The translations under genes and the position numbers were made by a program. The notes under the pieces were generated by a model, which made no database searches, was not told the origin of the DNA, and saw only the letters and a list, made by a program, of their open reading frames with translations. From Perkinsela sp. CCAP 1560/9 (taxonomy: Eukaryota > Protista > Euglenozoa: Kinetoplastea), in NCBI GenBank assembly GCA_965644495.1, contig CBFFSA010000002.1:434001-498000 (forward strand): a DNA stretch of 64,000 nucleotides, given 5' to 3'. The first letter of the stretch is position 1; each line of letters begins with the position of its first letter. This document shows positions 29,693 to 41,450 of this stretch, one piece after another.

Positions 29693-31822
29693 TCACGTTG
29701 AAAATATAATGGCGATTCCACAACTGAGTATGGCACACACACGATGAGTGTAGTTTTGTAGAGAATTCTCCGATAAAGGATATGCGGTTAAATGTTCGAT
29801 CGATGAATTGCCTATATTTGAAAAGAAATGGCTTTTGTCCTGTTTACTATGACTAGTTGAAGATCCTTGAATGTCATCAGTGGTAGAAGGAAAACAAATC
29901 TCGAATCTACGCTTTTTCTCTTCTTCAGGAATTTGAAAGTGCTCACCACATGGTATAGTAGTATCATGTAGAAAATCCAATTCGGAAGTAGTGGTTTCGT
30001 CGCTCGTCGTTGACTCTGACTCTTTCGCTCTCCGGCGCACCCGTTCCTTCTCATCATCCTCGTAAACCGTGTTTACCGCCATTACCTTTTCAGGCTGTCC
30101 ACGGATACTACGTTTATAGATCTCTCCACCATACGTACCCAGAAGAAATTGATTCGTACTCCTCGGAACGTCGTGTAGTTTCTCCATATTCGCAATACAC
30201 AGAACGTATCGCATGATGGATGATAATGCTTCCAAGCTAGAATCCTCCTCTGAGTTATTCGCACGTGCCTCCTCCTCTGCCAAGGGTGATGTTTCTACTG
30301 TAAAATGCTGAAATGGTATCGGGTGAAAGTACGGAAGATCCACACCCTGATGCAACGCGGGGCTCGGGTTGCCTAGTAAAAAAGTGCTGAGATGTTGATT
30401 CGATCGGGCGGTATGCTCAGCAAACGTAGCCCACGGCTGGGAAGTGTATAACAACGTGGCATCCGCAACCACCCCTGAGGTCCATTGTACCGCAACGTGG
30501 AAAGTGTCAATGGGAAGACATCGCGCTAACGGAGCCTGCATCCCGTCCGTGGGAATATGTTTTATCAAACAACCCTGGCATAAAACGAACACACCTCCGT
30601 AGCGAAGAGCAACGAGAACGGTATCACTATCCATTGCGAGCTCAATGGAGGCAACCACGTCATATTCGGTCGCTTGACTGAGCCCTAAACAACCCCGGAG
30701 GGTCGCTTCATTATTGCGCACGTCAAGGTACGCTACCCCTAGATAGGTGGGAGACGATGATGTGTTTTCTGGGTGAAAGAACTCACCTGCAAGGAGCATC
30801 CAAGATGAATTCGAGTTTGTGTCCTGATTGGAATTTTCATTTCTGGAATATACAGTGCAACATGTGAAACAGTGTGGGCGTTTCACTAGGGGGCTTATGT
30901 CGCAGTAGCTGACGTCACATACTGTATCCGAGTTGTCTTCTAGCGATATCTTTATAAAATATCTTGTGGGCACGTCGGTAGGGAACAGGGACCCGGTTTG
31001 GGGTAAATTGTGTTCCATTTTTTCCGGCGTTCGTACTTTCCACTTTCTTACGGTAAGAGGATCAAAAGTTATGGAGTGGGGAAGAAAGAATAACGTATTT
31101 TTGTCAAGGAATCGAGAGTGCAAGACGCCTGGAGATGTTGCACAGAGGTTGTATAAGGTTGCTTTCGTTGAACCTTTGTCCGCATCTACCTGAGCAAGAT
31201 GTGTCCAGCGCAAAAAGTCTACTTTCTCACGTCGTTCCTTCTCACTATGTCTATCCTTCCACATGACTTCTATCCGGCCATTATCTTTTAATTGGCGTAT
31301 CCGTTCAGTGAGAAAGAAAGGTGGCTCTCTGAGTATGGGAAATGTCATACGGGCACGATTTACACTTGTATCACCTGAATAACGGGATATATTCGAATAG
31401 TTCAGTGTCTTCCCTCTAGCATGTAACACTGCTCGATCGAAGTGATAAAATTCATCAATGACTTTATTTCGAACCCAACTACTATCCAGCGGGTAATCAG
31501 GTTTTCGGGTTCTGAGTCTGAGTAGAGCGTGACCGAAACGAAATGATCTCCCCAACTTGCACGTGTCGCATTTCTTCATTAGAGGTAGTAATGGGTGAGT
31601 CCTCGCCACATGGAATTCATCTAGAAGTGTCTTTACTTCGTCATGTGAATGACTTTCAGTAGTTGTAGCATCGCTCTCATATAAATCGGAATGCGTACAC
31701 CTGGTTCTCTTTGAACGTGTATCTTTTGTAAGCCGAGCTCCACACCAGCATCGACCTTTCCCTAGCAAGAGACTGGCAGCAAGCTGGTGCAAAGGAACAT
31801 CACCGTCCGCATCTGTGTTCAT
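29693..31822 (-). CDS. Hypothetical protein
   Basis: 709-aa ORF on the cluster strand; no motif recognised. Confidence 0.7.
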   Translation of the reverse strand: MNTDADGDVPLHQLAASLLLGKGRCWCGARLTKDTRSKRTRCTHSDLYESDATTTESHSHDEVKTLLDEFHVARTHPLLPLMKKCDTCKLGRSFRFGHALLRLRTRKPDYPLDSSWVRNKVIDEFYHFDRAVLHARGKTLNYSNISRYSGDTSVNRARMTFPILREPPFFLTERIRQLKDNGRIEVMWKDRHSEKERREKVDFLRWTHLAQVDADKGSTKATLYNLCATSPGVLHSRFLDKNTLFFLPHSITFDPLTVRKWKVRTPEKMEHNLPQTGSLFPTDVPTRYFIKISLEDNSDTVCDVSYCDISPLVKRPHCFTCCTVYSRNENSNQDTNSNSSWMLLAGEFFHPENTSSSPTYLGVAYLDVRNNEATLRGCLGLSQATEYDVVASIELAMDSDTVLVALRYGGVFVLCQGCLIKHIPTDGMQAPLARCLPIDTFHVAVQWTSGVVADATLLYTSQPWATFAEHTARSNQHLSTFLLGNPSPALHQGVDLPYFHPIPFQHFTVETSPLAEEEARANNSEEDSSLEALSSIMRYVLCIANMEKLHDVPRSTNQFLLGTYGGEIYKRSIRGQPEKVMAVNTVYEDDEKERVRRRAKESESTTSDETTTSELDFLHDTTIPCGEHFQIPEEEKKRRFEICFPSTTDDIQGSSTSHSKQDKSHFFSNIGNSSIEHLTAYPLSENSLQNYTHRVCAILSCGIAIIFST

Positions 31823-32180
31823 GACTTAGTGAAACGAAAAAAAGAATCCCGATTTTCAGACAAAAACAAATCATAAGAGTACAGAGCCTATCCAAAATTT
31901 ACCGAAATCACCATCTTTCGTACACGACGTGGTAATTCAGCTGCTGGCGTACGAATAAAGCAATCCGTTGAATGAAAAAGGAAAGGAAGCAAATTAGGGA
32001 ATAAGCAATAGAAAGTAACACTGAGCACTCTAGCACATCCGTGCTCATGCGTAGTGCATTATAGAGAAAAAAAACGTTACAAAAACAACTCGTTAATCCC
32101 ATCTTTTTACATGTTCACGCTTAATATACACAACCCCTTCACATTCACGAGGCGCTTCGCACAGCCCATGCCCTCGTTTC

Positions 32181-33785
32181 TCACGCGACGCCCTCATCAA
32201 ACACCTCAATGGCGTTATTCTCCATGACCTGGGACACCACCACATGGTCCCCCAGCCCCCCTCCCCCCACATGACCCCCAATCCTTTGTCGGAGATAGGG
32301 AATCCCCGCATGTTGTTGCAGGTAGAGCTTGAGTGACTTAACGGACACGGACGCCCAATTCCCGAGTGCCATCAAAGTCACACTCCGCTGCGGTAGCCCA
32401 ATCGTAAGCAGCGAGGGCTCACACACTCTCCCTGGTGTGGATCCCCCCTCCTTATTCTTATTCACGTTGGTCCGTTCCCCAAACACCGGTTGTGGGGTAG
32501 GAAACCGATGAGGGTAGGTACTTGTACCTGTAGTAGCCGTACCACCACCTGTAGCGGTACGCCCCACCCCCCCTGCCCCTCCCCCTCCTCTCGAGGGGGC
32601 CGTGTTCCCTTTACGCCCCCCACGGGCCATCGGGGAGGGCGGGGACAGCGGGGGGGAGGCCGGGCGCACCTCCGGGGTCACGGCGTACCCCCCCTGGCCC
32701 GGGGCGTGGCGGAAGAGCCGGGTGTGGTAGCTGAGGTGGGCGTGGAAGCAGGGGTGGAGCTTACACGTGTGCAGGAAGCTCTCCTGGTGGGAGGGGTCGT
32801 TGATGCGCGCGCAGGTCCCGTCCTCCGGGCACAGCGGCAGGGGAGGGGGGAGGGGAGGGGGGGGGACGACAAGGGGGACGGGGGGGATCCCGGGGTGGGG
32901 GTGGGAGGTGAGGAGGGTGGGGGAGGGGGGGTGGCCGAGGGCGAGGGGGGGGGAGGGCACGGTGAGGGGGGGGATGCGGAGGTTGGGGTAGCGACCACAG
33001 GGGGGGAGGGGGATTCCGGAGGGGAGGCGCTTGTTCAGAGGACGTTTCTTTCGTTTCTTTTTGTGGATGGGTTTGGGAAGGAGGGTGGGTTCGAAGGTTT
33101 CGGGTTCGGCGGTGGGGGTGGATGGGGGAGGTGGTGGTGACTCGTTATCCGATTTGGTGAGTAGTTCTTCTATTTGTTCTTGCGCTTCTGAAACTTCTTT
33201 TTCTGAAGTTTGCAGTTCTGGGATTTGTGGTTCCAAAACAGCACGTTCGGTTTCTGTTCTCCTCGGAGATTGTGACGGTTCAGAACACTGTTCCACACTC
33301 GGAGATTTTCCTTTCCCGGAACACACATCTGAACTGGAAAAATCTTCTTTTCCTAAGCACTCTTCTTGAGTAGGGGAGTCAATTTTGGAGCCCGATTCCT
33401 CTTGTCGAGCTGCCTCCTCGGATATGACATGTTCCTCGTGAAAAGAAAGCGTATCGCATTCTTTGGCGACCGCATCCTGTGGGCATCTGGTGAGCTCCTT
33501 ATCCGTCAGAGTTTCATCCTTTTGATAAGCCTTGTTACTCGTTTCCTCTTCCGTAGAGGCCGCGCAATGTGGCTGAAGTGTACGAAAGTGGGATATTGCC
33601 CTTGTGCTACTCAAAAGTTTTTGTCTGCGCCTCTTTTTCTTCTTCAAGTCAGCGCGTATGTATGCTTGTCTTGTGTGATTCAATACCAACGATTTCATAG
33701 AAAGAATGAATACCGCAGTTGCCTCCGGAAAGAAGACGAGAGCAACAATAAGAGCTGTACCCAAAACTAGAACGATTGTCTCCAT
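32181..33785 (-). CDS. Membrane-anchored protein with Cys/His (PBZ-like) fingers and possible C-terminal ubiquitin-like fold
   Basis: N-terminal TM; CPEDGTCARINDPSHQESFLH and CKLHPCFHAHLSYHTRLFRH; SVKSLKLYLQQHAGIPYLRQRI. Confidence 0.6.
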   Translation of the reverse strand: METIVLVLGTALIVALVFFPEATAVFILSMKSLVLNHTRQAYIRADLKKKKRRRQKLLSSTRAISHFRTLQPHCAASTEEETSNKAYQKDETLTDKELTRCPQDAVAKECDTLSFHEEHVISEEAARQEESGSKIDSPTQEECLGKEDFSSSDVCSGKGKSPSVEQCSEPSQSPRRTETERAVLEPQIPELQTSEKEVSEAQEQIEELLTKSDNESPPPPPSTPTAEPETFEPTLLPKPIHKKKRKKRPLNKRLPSGIPLPPCGRYPNLRIPPLTVPSPPLALGHPPSPTLLTSHPHPGIPPVPLVVPPPPLPPPLPLCPEDGTCARINDPSHQESFLHTCKLHPCFHAHLSYHTRLFRHAPGQGGYAVTPEVRPASPPLSPPSPMARGGRKGNTAPSRGGGGAGGVGRTATGGGTATTGTSTYPHRFPTPQPVFGERTNVNKNKEGGSTPGRVCEPSLLTIGLPQRSVTLMALGNWASVSVKSLKLYLQQHAGIPYLRQRIGGHVGGGGLGDHVVVSQVMENNAIEVFDEGVA

Positions 33786-34095
33786 TTCGTGGTTATTTGT
33801 GCGTGAGTTTTACTGCTGCACTAAATTTCGAATTGTGCTTATTACTACCGCGCGCTGCTGCATAAAAAATCGTGCTTGGTAAGCTGTAAACGACAAATAA
33901 ACATTACAACACGGAAAACATAATTACGCTGCATTGTTTCTATACGAATTTCTAGGACGTAAATAAATTTCACGTCTATTGCATAGTTCTCCCGCTTTTT
34001 TGCTCTATAGTAAATACAACTAAAAATACGGGTGATAAGGAATCCATTCTATAGAAAATTGGCACGTACCAGTCATCTCACTCGTAGAAGTATTT

Positions 34096-35403
34096 TTAGT
34101 CCATAACTCCAGATATGGGCTCGCAGAGAACACTTTGAGACTTCCGGTTCGGCAATCGAGGATCAATGTGAGGCATCGTGGCAGATCGTGTTCTCCACGG
34201 AGCGACAAATGTGTGCCCCTCAGGGGGGTATGTAGGATCACCCGCAACGTGATCCAGGCCTGCAGCTTCGGAGTACAAGTTGTTGTCCAGAAGAACTCCA
34301 AAGGTGGGACTAATCTCCGGAAGGTATCGAATGGATCGTAAATCTAACGACCGCATAAGAGCCTGTCCAAGAATGAGCCGGGGCATCACCATGTGGGGCT
34401 GTGGAAAGGAGCGGGCAAGCCACTCGTCCGTCATTCCCACATATTGTGTATAGAATACAGTGGCGAGCATGTGTTCGTGGATGTCCGTACGACCAGCGCA
34501 CCGCGCAAGGAGATTAAGTGTTCCACCATTCCCACTGGCCCCACAGAACATTCGGTCGACCGAGTGCCTTTCCCGTGCCTTGCGGAGCCACCGAGGGACA
34601 CTTTCCTTGAGAGCCTCTACCAGATCATGCAAACACTGTTTGGCTTCGGTATGATTCATTGGATTTACGGACTGGGGTCGTCTGCTGCTTGCACCGGGGA
34701 TCATAAGCCTACGGTTTTGGTAATACTGAAGAATCATACTATTGATTTCATCAGCGGTGTACCCCGTATCCCATGTATCTGCACGATATGTTTCGGAGGA
34801 CGAATCATTGTAGTGCACAGCATCTAGCGCTGATGTGGTACTCAATGTGTTCTCTTGAGCCGCTCTACAACGACGATGGCGAAAGAACACAACACGATCG
34901 TCAATTTCCGACCATATTACCGCGTTGTCGGCGTATTTCATCGAAATTCCACCGGCAGCAACGTACCCCATATGGGCGTAGTGTTCCAGCTCCATACCTT
35001 GTGGAATCACAAAACGGATCAAAAAGGTCTTAGAGAGTGCATTGAACACCTCCTCGGCATTATCAGCTTTACCGAGGTCCCCGGTTACTATTGCTGCAGA
35101 CTCACGTGGACGTACTCGGGCGTTGGCAAAACGGCCCGTGATGTGACGAAAACAGTGCTCCAGGGTACGAATGCCCTCATCGGTGATATGGTTGCCTGAG
35201 ATCGCGGAGGACCAGTTCGGCATCGTCATGCGGTCGTGTTGGATTTGTTTGCGAATCAGACGCTCTTCGTTATGTACCGTGGCGACGGTCCAGGTCACGG
35301 AATCGAGCGTGCCGACGTCGTAGGCTACACGGACCACCGCGGGGGACAGTGCGACGTGCGACGTGAATTTTCGGGAGGGTGTTATGGCTTTACGGCCAAG
35401 CAT
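34096..35403 (-). CDS. Mitochondrial-targeted protein with weak Ppx/GppA (ASKHA-fold) resemblance
   Basis: Presequence-like start; AYDVGT and KADNAEEVF resemble the Ppx N-lobe; family call tentative. Confidence 0.5.
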   Translation of the reverse strand: MLGRKAITPSRKFTSHVALSPAVVRVAYDVGTLDSVTWTVATVHNEERLIRKQIQHDRMTMPNWSSAISGNHITDEGIRTLEHCFRHITGRFANARVRPRESAAIVTGDLGKADNAEEVFNALSKTFLIRFVIPQGMELEHYAHMGYVAAGGISMKYADNAVIWSEIDDRVVFFRHRRCRAAQENTLSTTSALDAVHYNDSSSETYRADTWDTGYTADEINSMILQYYQNRRLMIPGASSRRPQSVNPMNHTEAKQCLHDLVEALKESVPRWLRKARERHSVDRMFCGASGNGGTLNLLARCAGRTDIHEHMLATVFYTQYVGMTDEWLARSFPQPHMVMPRLILGQALMRSLDLRSIRYLPEISPTFGVLLDNNLYSEAAGLDHVAGDPTYPPEGHTFVAPWRTRSATMPHIDPRLPNRKSQSVLCEPISGVMD

Positions 35404-35619
35404 GAGAGTGGAGGTTCTCCTGAGAAAATGTTTACTGTTTCATGCGAAAAAATACAATGTAATAGCGAAAAAAGATAGCGTGGTATAAGCCGATACGATG
35501 AAAAAAATGTTGTAAAACATGTCTTGTGAAAAATGTTCGTCTACTCGTGGCATTGACTTGGATTTTTGAAGTCAAGAATTTTGATAAAACCTTGCGCGTA
35601 AATAGACACTTCTGTACGT

Positions 35620-38277
35620 CTAACTCAAGTCAGAAACTATGCGTTCTAGGTCTTCACTCTTCTGTTTGTGATGGATTAGGATCCGTTGTATGTGATCTCC
35701 ATATCTTTTTCTAGCTTTCACCATGAACTTCTTGCTGCTTTCTCCTAATGAATCACTCAGTCTTGCAGAAGCTCCTGTTGCGTAATTTACGAGGCTGACC
35801 TTTTCTTCAAGCCACTCCGGTAGAGAGGCAAGAGCGTGTTGGGCCCCATTCAATACATAACGTAAAGATCGTTGCGCCATCTCCACGAGTGTCAAGAACA
35901 TAGAATGGACTTCTAGCTCGCTTTTTTGTGTTCTCAATGTGTAAAGAATTAGCGGGATGTATGAAAAGCAAGCATTGCTCAATAAAGTCAGACACGAAGC
36001 ATCACTGATATTTAAGGATTCATTAAAATCATTAAACTTTGCAGCTTCGCTTGAAAAAAACGCGAGTAAAACTCTGGCTGATACGTTTTCGAACAGCAGC
36101 TTGTGAATGAATTCGCCGAGGCGCAATACATCTGCAATGCGCATACGCTTTTCCTTACGGCATTCGAGTGGTAAAAGTTCGGCTTCGATTTCCCAAAATT
36201 CGTTTTCTAGAATATTCGTTTCGTCATTGATTACAATAGCAGAAGAGTTGGTGGCTATAATTGGGAAATATTCTTTGAAGTCTTCCACAAGTCCAACAGT
36301 TTGCTTTAGTTTTCTTTCTGCTTCGTTGCTTGGAAATCTTGCAATAAAGCATAACACACCATAGATGATTGACTCGATGCGATGTAAACTGTATTCAATC
36401 TTTTTTTGAAAGAGTGGAAGCTCGTGAACGAGGAGATGCCACGCACCTCGACGTATGGAACTGCTTCGTAGCTCATACAATTCCCGTCGCAGTGTTTCAT
36501 TATAAAACACACACGCTGACTCACAGCTCTCGTGTAGGAGCGGCAAGAAAAGGCTGTCGCGCAGAGTATAGAAGTAAAGAAAATGTAACGTCTCAAGTTG
36601 AATACTGCGAAGACCCAAAACTTGTGGTATTTTCATATCAAAGCAAAGTTGCCTACTACCAAGAACACAATTCAATAGCAGTAGAATATTGCTCGAGTCT
36701 TCCTTCAATTCTGGTGAGTCCTCAAGAAAAGACATTGCTGCCCAAGTTTGTTTTTTATGCAACAAGGCCCACACGATCACAAAATTTCGGTGGAGTGATG
36801 GTTCACATTTTTTTTCGCACTGAAGTATGAGCTCCGACCAATTGCGTTCCTTCAAAGCGCTGGGTGATACAGAGCGGGCGTGAACAAGTAGCAAAAGATG
36901 CATTTGCAAAACAAGGCTAATGCTTCCACACTTTGTTAAAGCGGAATCAAGTAATTCAATTTGTTCGTGCAAAGAAGTTTCACAATGTCGTTTCCCCAGA
37001 TATCGAAGAATAGGAAGTTTCACGTCCATGTAACATATCCATGTATTCTTGCGTCCCCACTTAGACAGAAAATCCAATAGAGTGTCACACCACTTTTCCG
37101 CATCAGGAGCGGACCTTAGCAAAGCCTCAAGGTATGTACTATCTTTTAGTCTATCATCTGAAAACTGAAGTGTCTTCACAGCCTCGTAGACAGTTGGAGG
37201 GGTTTCTTTTCTACGTACCCATTCAGGAGTGTCTGAACATTGAGTTTCAAGAGCCAAAAGCTGTACACCCTCTTGCTTACTGTAGGTTTGTATAAAGCAA
37301 TGAAAGTATTTGGCATTCTCCGTTACGTCCAAAAATAGAGTATTCTTTACATCTGCACGGATTTTTCGAGAAGTGAGCAGGAATCGCGCCATTGACTGGC
37401 TTTTTATTACGCACTGTGAACAGAGTGCTTTTGTTTTCCTGATAAACTCATCTAGCAAAGTAGCAAGAGCCCATCCTAATGGAAGACCGAGTGATTGCCA
37501 CACGTTTGTCCTCGTAAAAGTATTCTTATTTGACTGGTCCGACAGATCGTACGCTAGTATTTCTTCAGAAAATATGCACAGAGAACATTGCTCCAGATGA
37601 CCAATTCCATTTCTCTCGGTCGCAGAAGACTGTCCGCAAATTTGGGATGACTCCTCGATGCACTGCATTGCAGCGTACATGTACAAGTATGCCATTTGCT
37701 GCCTCTCCAATAGCGAGGGCATTACCCGAATAATATCTTCTGAAAGACAAATTTTCTGAAGAAGACGAAGACCCAGAACATGATGTGTTGTATTCTCCTC
37801 TAAAACATTCGACACAGTCATCCACACACGGAATCGATACTCACCTGTATTCTGTAGCAGACGTAACGCGACGGCACGAAATGCCCCATAATCTCGTGTT
37901 GAGGCCAACGCCAATGCGTAGGCCTCACCCACTTCCGCACCACCCTGGGTTTGCCACGCTCCACAGTAGAGTTCCTGGATTCTACCCTGGCATTGGTGCC
38001 CCCCGTAGTATTGATAGATCGAGACCAGCGAGGCGATGGTGCCGGGATCATACAGATCATTTGGCTTCAGCTCCAGTAACTCGTTGGCAGCGATGAGAGC
38101 TTCGTCAGCTTGTCCGATGCCCAACAGACAGTACGCGCGCCAGGCCTTGTAACGTGTAGAGGCGGTGGGAGTACGCGCTGAGAGACTCTTGTTTATTAAT
38201 CTTAGTGCGCCGTGAAAGTCACGTGCCTCCATTTTCTCATGAATAAGATAAAGCTCGCGGGCTGACGGCTCACTCAT
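35620..38277 (-). CDS. NAA25: NatB auxiliary subunit (MDM20/NAA25)
   Basis: N-terminal TPR-like region (DFHGALRLINKSL, KAWRAYCLLGIGQADEA), CYMDVK, LGLRSIQLETL; length 885 aa. Confidence 0.75.
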   Translation of the reverse strand: MSEPSARELYLIHEKMEARDFHGALRLINKSLSARTPTASTRYKAWRAYCLLGIGQADEALIAANELLELKPNDLYDPGTIASLVSIYQYYGGHQCQGRIQELYCGAWQTQGGAEVGEAYALALASTRDYGAFRAVALRLLQNTGEYRFRVWMTVSNVLEENTTHHVLGLRLLQKICLSEDIIRVMPSLLERQQMAYLYMYAAMQCIEESSQICGQSSATERNGIGHLEQCSLCIFSEEILAYDLSDQSNKNTFTRTNVWQSLGLPLGWALATLLDEFIRKTKALCSQCVIKSQSMARFLLTSRKIRADVKNTLFLDVTENAKYFHCFIQTYSKQEGVQLLALETQCSDTPEWVRRKETPPTVYEAVKTLQFSDDRLKDSTYLEALLRSAPDAEKWCDTLLDFLSKWGRKNTWICYMDVKLPILRYLGKRHCETSLHEQIELLDSALTKCGSISLVLQMHLLLLVHARSVSPSALKERNWSELILQCEKKCEPSLHRNFVIVWALLHKKQTWAAMSFLEDSPELKEDSSNILLLLNCVLGSRQLCFDMKIPQVLGLRSIQLETLHFLYFYTLRDSLFLPLLHESCESACVFYNETLRRELYELRSSSIRRGAWHLLVHELPLFQKKIEYSLHRIESIIYGVLCFIARFPSNEAERKLKQTVGLVEDFKEYFPIIATNSSAIVINDETNILENEFWEIEAELLPLECRKEKRMRIADVLRLGEFIHKLLFENVSARVLLAFFSSEAAKFNDFNESLNISDASCLTLLSNACFSYIPLILYTLRTQKSELEVHSMFLTLVEMAQRSLRYVLNGAQHALASLPEWLEEKVSLVNYATGASARLSDSLGESSKKFMVKARKRYGDHIQRILIHHKQKSEDLERIVSDLS

Positions 38278-38520
38278 TGAATTACCGTTGGATTACCCTT
38301 GATTTGATTTTGGATTTGTTGTGGTGTAAAACACGTTTGTGTCTGAGTAATTTTAAGGTGTCATGCAGCAAGAGTAGGGTAACCCCTCAAAAGCGTAAAC
38401 TTGTCAAGTAATGTGCGAAATCCTCTGGAATAAGGAAACCGATTTTTAACAAAATCACTAGATACAAATTCTTTTAGCACTGTGAGTGACGAATTACTAA
38501 ATGTGGAGTTGAATTATTTC

Positions 38521-39141
38521 TTACACATCTTTTCTTTTTTGTTGATTCTTCAGTGCCTTTATGTTCCTTAGCAATTTGTTCTGATGTAAAAAGAGAGGAG
38601 ACCTATATTTTTTGGTCATATCAGTAACGAGTTCCTTGATTTCCTCTACACCTTCCGGTAAATCGTACCGAAGAGTTTGAATACGCAACAGTCCAGTGTT
38701 CATCAGATCAAGTATTGCCTTATCTTCTAAATCAGATATTTCCGTAAGCATTGTGCAAGAAGTGCCCATAGATTCTATAGCAGTGCGCAGTGAGTTCCTC
38801 TCGGAGTCGGTCACCTTTTCCGTCAATTTCACCAAATGAGTGAGTGCTTTATCAGCACACCTTTTATAGGTTTCGCATAGCGATCGTCGCCTTATAAGTT
38901 GTTCAACTACCGGTAGGTTCTCTGATTCTACAATTTTCTTACTCTCTGAGTTCACGTATTCCTCCACACCATCTGGTATTCGATTCCATAGTAAATCTAT
39001 CGTTCGTTTAGCTCCGTCTACAAGATCATCAACTTGAGGTAATGGAGTTTCAGCTGAGCGATCTCTGTTCCTCATTTGTTGAATAAACTCCTGATTAGCT
39101 TCTTGGAGGTCGCGAAATAATTGCGATGAACTTTCCGACAT
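38521..39141 (-). CDS. Hypothetical helical/coiled-coil protein
   Basis: 206-aa ORF on the cluster strand. Confidence 0.7.
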   Translation of the reverse strand: MSESSSQLFRDLQEANQEFIQQMRNRDRSAETPLPQVDDLVDGAKRTIDLLWNRIPDGVEEYVNSESKKIVESENLPVVEQLIRRRSLCETYKRCADKALTHLVKLTEKVTDSERNSLRTAIESMGTSCTMLTEISDLEDKAILDLMNTGLLRIQTLRYDLPEGVEEIKELVTDMTKKYRSPLFLHQNKLLRNIKALKNQQKRKDV

Positions 39142-39551
39142 TTATCTAAATTAAAAACACTCTATTAGAAAGTAGTACTCTGAAGAATATTTTTGTCGAG
39201 AATGTTATGAAGAAAAAATGACATGAAAATCATGCCTTTCAAAACGTTTTTACAGCAAACAAGGAACTTTCGCTAGCTGGCTCTAATACAACGTCAAAGG
39301 GGTGCATGAGTAAGATTACTACCCGAAAGTTTTCGTCTCGCCCGATTTTGTCTCACCTTCGAGTTGAGATGTTATTTTAGAATATGGCACTCTACATACA
39401 CTGCATTATTTTGATATCTATCTACTATGAGCGTTCTTTTTCGTTCGTCGTGAGATTCGAATGCTAGGCAGAGGAGGAAGCAAAGTCTCTTAGCTAGCAT
39501 TATAAACTTCAATAACACGAAAGGATTCATCTATTCTAAATGAAATCTTGG

Positions 39552-40766
39552 TTAATAGTCATCTTCGGAACCGCTCTGCTCAGGAGTGGGACTCAGAATT
39601 GCTTGGGCACGGCTTCTTGGAGATGGGGTACTGTGTGGGTCACTGTAGATCGGAAGCCCATATTCATCCTTTTGCATATTTACTTCGTCCATGACGATAG
39701 CTCCATCAATTTCAGAAGGATTCTGGACTTCGTCTTCATCGTACGTCAACTCACCATGCTGAGCATCGTAACCCTCTGGTGTCTGTAGCTCTGTCAGCCG
39801 ATCCTGAAGATTGGCAATCATTTGGTGGTTTCGCTCCACTTCCGCACGGAGATTAGCCTCTGTCACGGATGCCTCATGAAGCTTTACATCCGTATAGGAA
39901 GGCTGTGCCGGGGAAAACTCAATTCTTTGCCGCAGGGCAGCCATCTCTGCCTTAAGATTCCGGTTCTCTAGGGTGAGTTCCGCGATGGTATGCTTGTCCT
40001 CCACAAGCTGCTCCCGACTCACGGCCTCCACCTCCTCCAGTCGAAGCGTCGAGTTTCGCAGCGCTCGATTCAGAGCGAGGACTTGTTGACGCAGAGACTC
40101 AATTTCAACTCTTGGATCTTGGGTAAAACTCTGCATGGGCTGCGCTACCTCAGAAGGATACGTTTCTTCTTGCGCAACAAACTCGTCCTCCTGCTCGTAC
40201 TGCTGTCGCATGTCACCACTAAACTCGACCGGCTCCTCTACGCGTTGTTGCGGTAGCGAAGCTAATGAGGTCACTGTCTCGGCCTCACCGAAAGAGGCCA
40301 CATAGTTCGGCTGCGATGTCCCATACTTGGTTGAGAAGGAGGGCCGGGACGAGGGGTACATGCGAAGGGAGGCTAGACGCTCCACAGTCTCATTCACACG
40401 AGATGCGGAGGAACGCGTCGGGGCCATGAAGGAGGAGCGTGGGCGGCTGGAGGACACCCGTGAGGAACTCCGGTACTCCGGAGAATGCTGAAGATTCGAC
40501 AGCTGCGGGATACGAGGGGGCTCGTATCCACGTGAGGGCTCTATGGAGGAGTTTCGTGAGAAGGGAACCGTGCCCCATTGCATTCGAGGGCGCTGTGCGG
40601 TGCGACTGTGGGAACGCTCGGCAAAACGTTTCTGCAGGGAGTAGGGAGACTCCGTCCTGGTCTCGGGGTAAGTGCGAAGAGGGAGCATGGGGTAGTGGGA
40701 GGGGACGGTGGAGAACTCACGTCGGGAACTCCGAAGCGAAGAACGCGTGCTGGGTTGTCGAGACAT
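39552..40766 (-). CDS. Ser/Arg-rich plus coiled-coil hypothetical protein
   Basis: 404 aa; includes PSFMAPTRSSASR-like microtubule-associated-type motif; central coiled coil. Confidence 0.7.
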   Translation of the reverse strand: MSRQPSTRSSLRSSRREFSTVPSHYPMLPLRTYPETRTESPYSLQKRFAERSHSRTAQRPRMQWGTVPFSRNSSIEPSRGYEPPRIPQLSNLQHSPEYRSSSRVSSSRPRSSFMAPTRSSASRVNETVERLASLRMYPSSRPSFSTKYGTSQPNYVASFGEAETVTSLASLPQQRVEEPVEFSGDMRQQYEQEDEFVAQEETYPSEVAQPMQSFTQDPRVEIESLRQQVLALNRALRNSTLRLEEVEAVSREQLVEDKHTIAELTLENRNLKAEMAALRQRIEFSPAQPSYTDVKLHEASVTEANLRAEVERNHQMIANLQDRLTELQTPEGYDAQHGELTYDEDEVQNPSEIDGAIVMDEVNMQKDEYGLPIYSDPHSTPSPRSRAQAILSPTPEQSGSEDDY

Positions 40767-41006
40767 GAGGAACGAAACGGATAATCGGTTTCGAGTAAAA
40801 AGATTAACACAAATTTCCGTTTAGGTGTATTCTACTGAGGTATGAATATGAGGTATGTATGAAGTTTTAAAAGTATTCTCATATTATGGAGTCCACCGCA
40901 GTAAATCCTACGGTTCAGCATGGGTAAATTCACTGCACCCGTTTACTAGCACTCAGAAAAACCCCAGTGCTATCGATGCATTTTATTTTTTCAAGTACAT
41001 TTTTTG

Positions 41007-41133
41007 TGATCGCTAACCATTTCTAAATTGAAAGTACTAGGACGCTGAGTGAGATAGTCATAACTGCATTCTTTTTTCCCTTTCCTAATTCCCTGATCGC
41101 TAACCATTTCTAAATTGAAAGGACTAGGACGCT
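41007..41133. repeat. Two 40-bp direct repeats
   Basis: tgatcgctaaccatttctaaattgaaag(t/g)actaggacgct at 41007-41046 and 41094-41133. Confidence 0.85.
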
Positions 41134-41450
41134 TGAGAGGCGTTGAGAGGCCAGAATCGGCACAGAACACTGAAGACTCTTACATACTGTATTTGTGACG
41201 CAAAAAGTTGTGATGTTTTTGAGATTCTTTTCGCTGTTTTGTATTTTGCAGGTGACTTTCATAAACATCTTTGCTGAGCACGCATCCCGGCAGATGATTA
41301 TACGTCTTCTGACGGCCCTGTTCTTAGCTGAGCTTATACTCGAACGTCCTATCTCGGAGGTCATCCCGTTGCCAAGATGGTTAGATTTCAAGATGGTTAG
41401 GTAAAATAATAAAAATTCTTCATGTGATAAGATAGCATGATAGTTGTACG

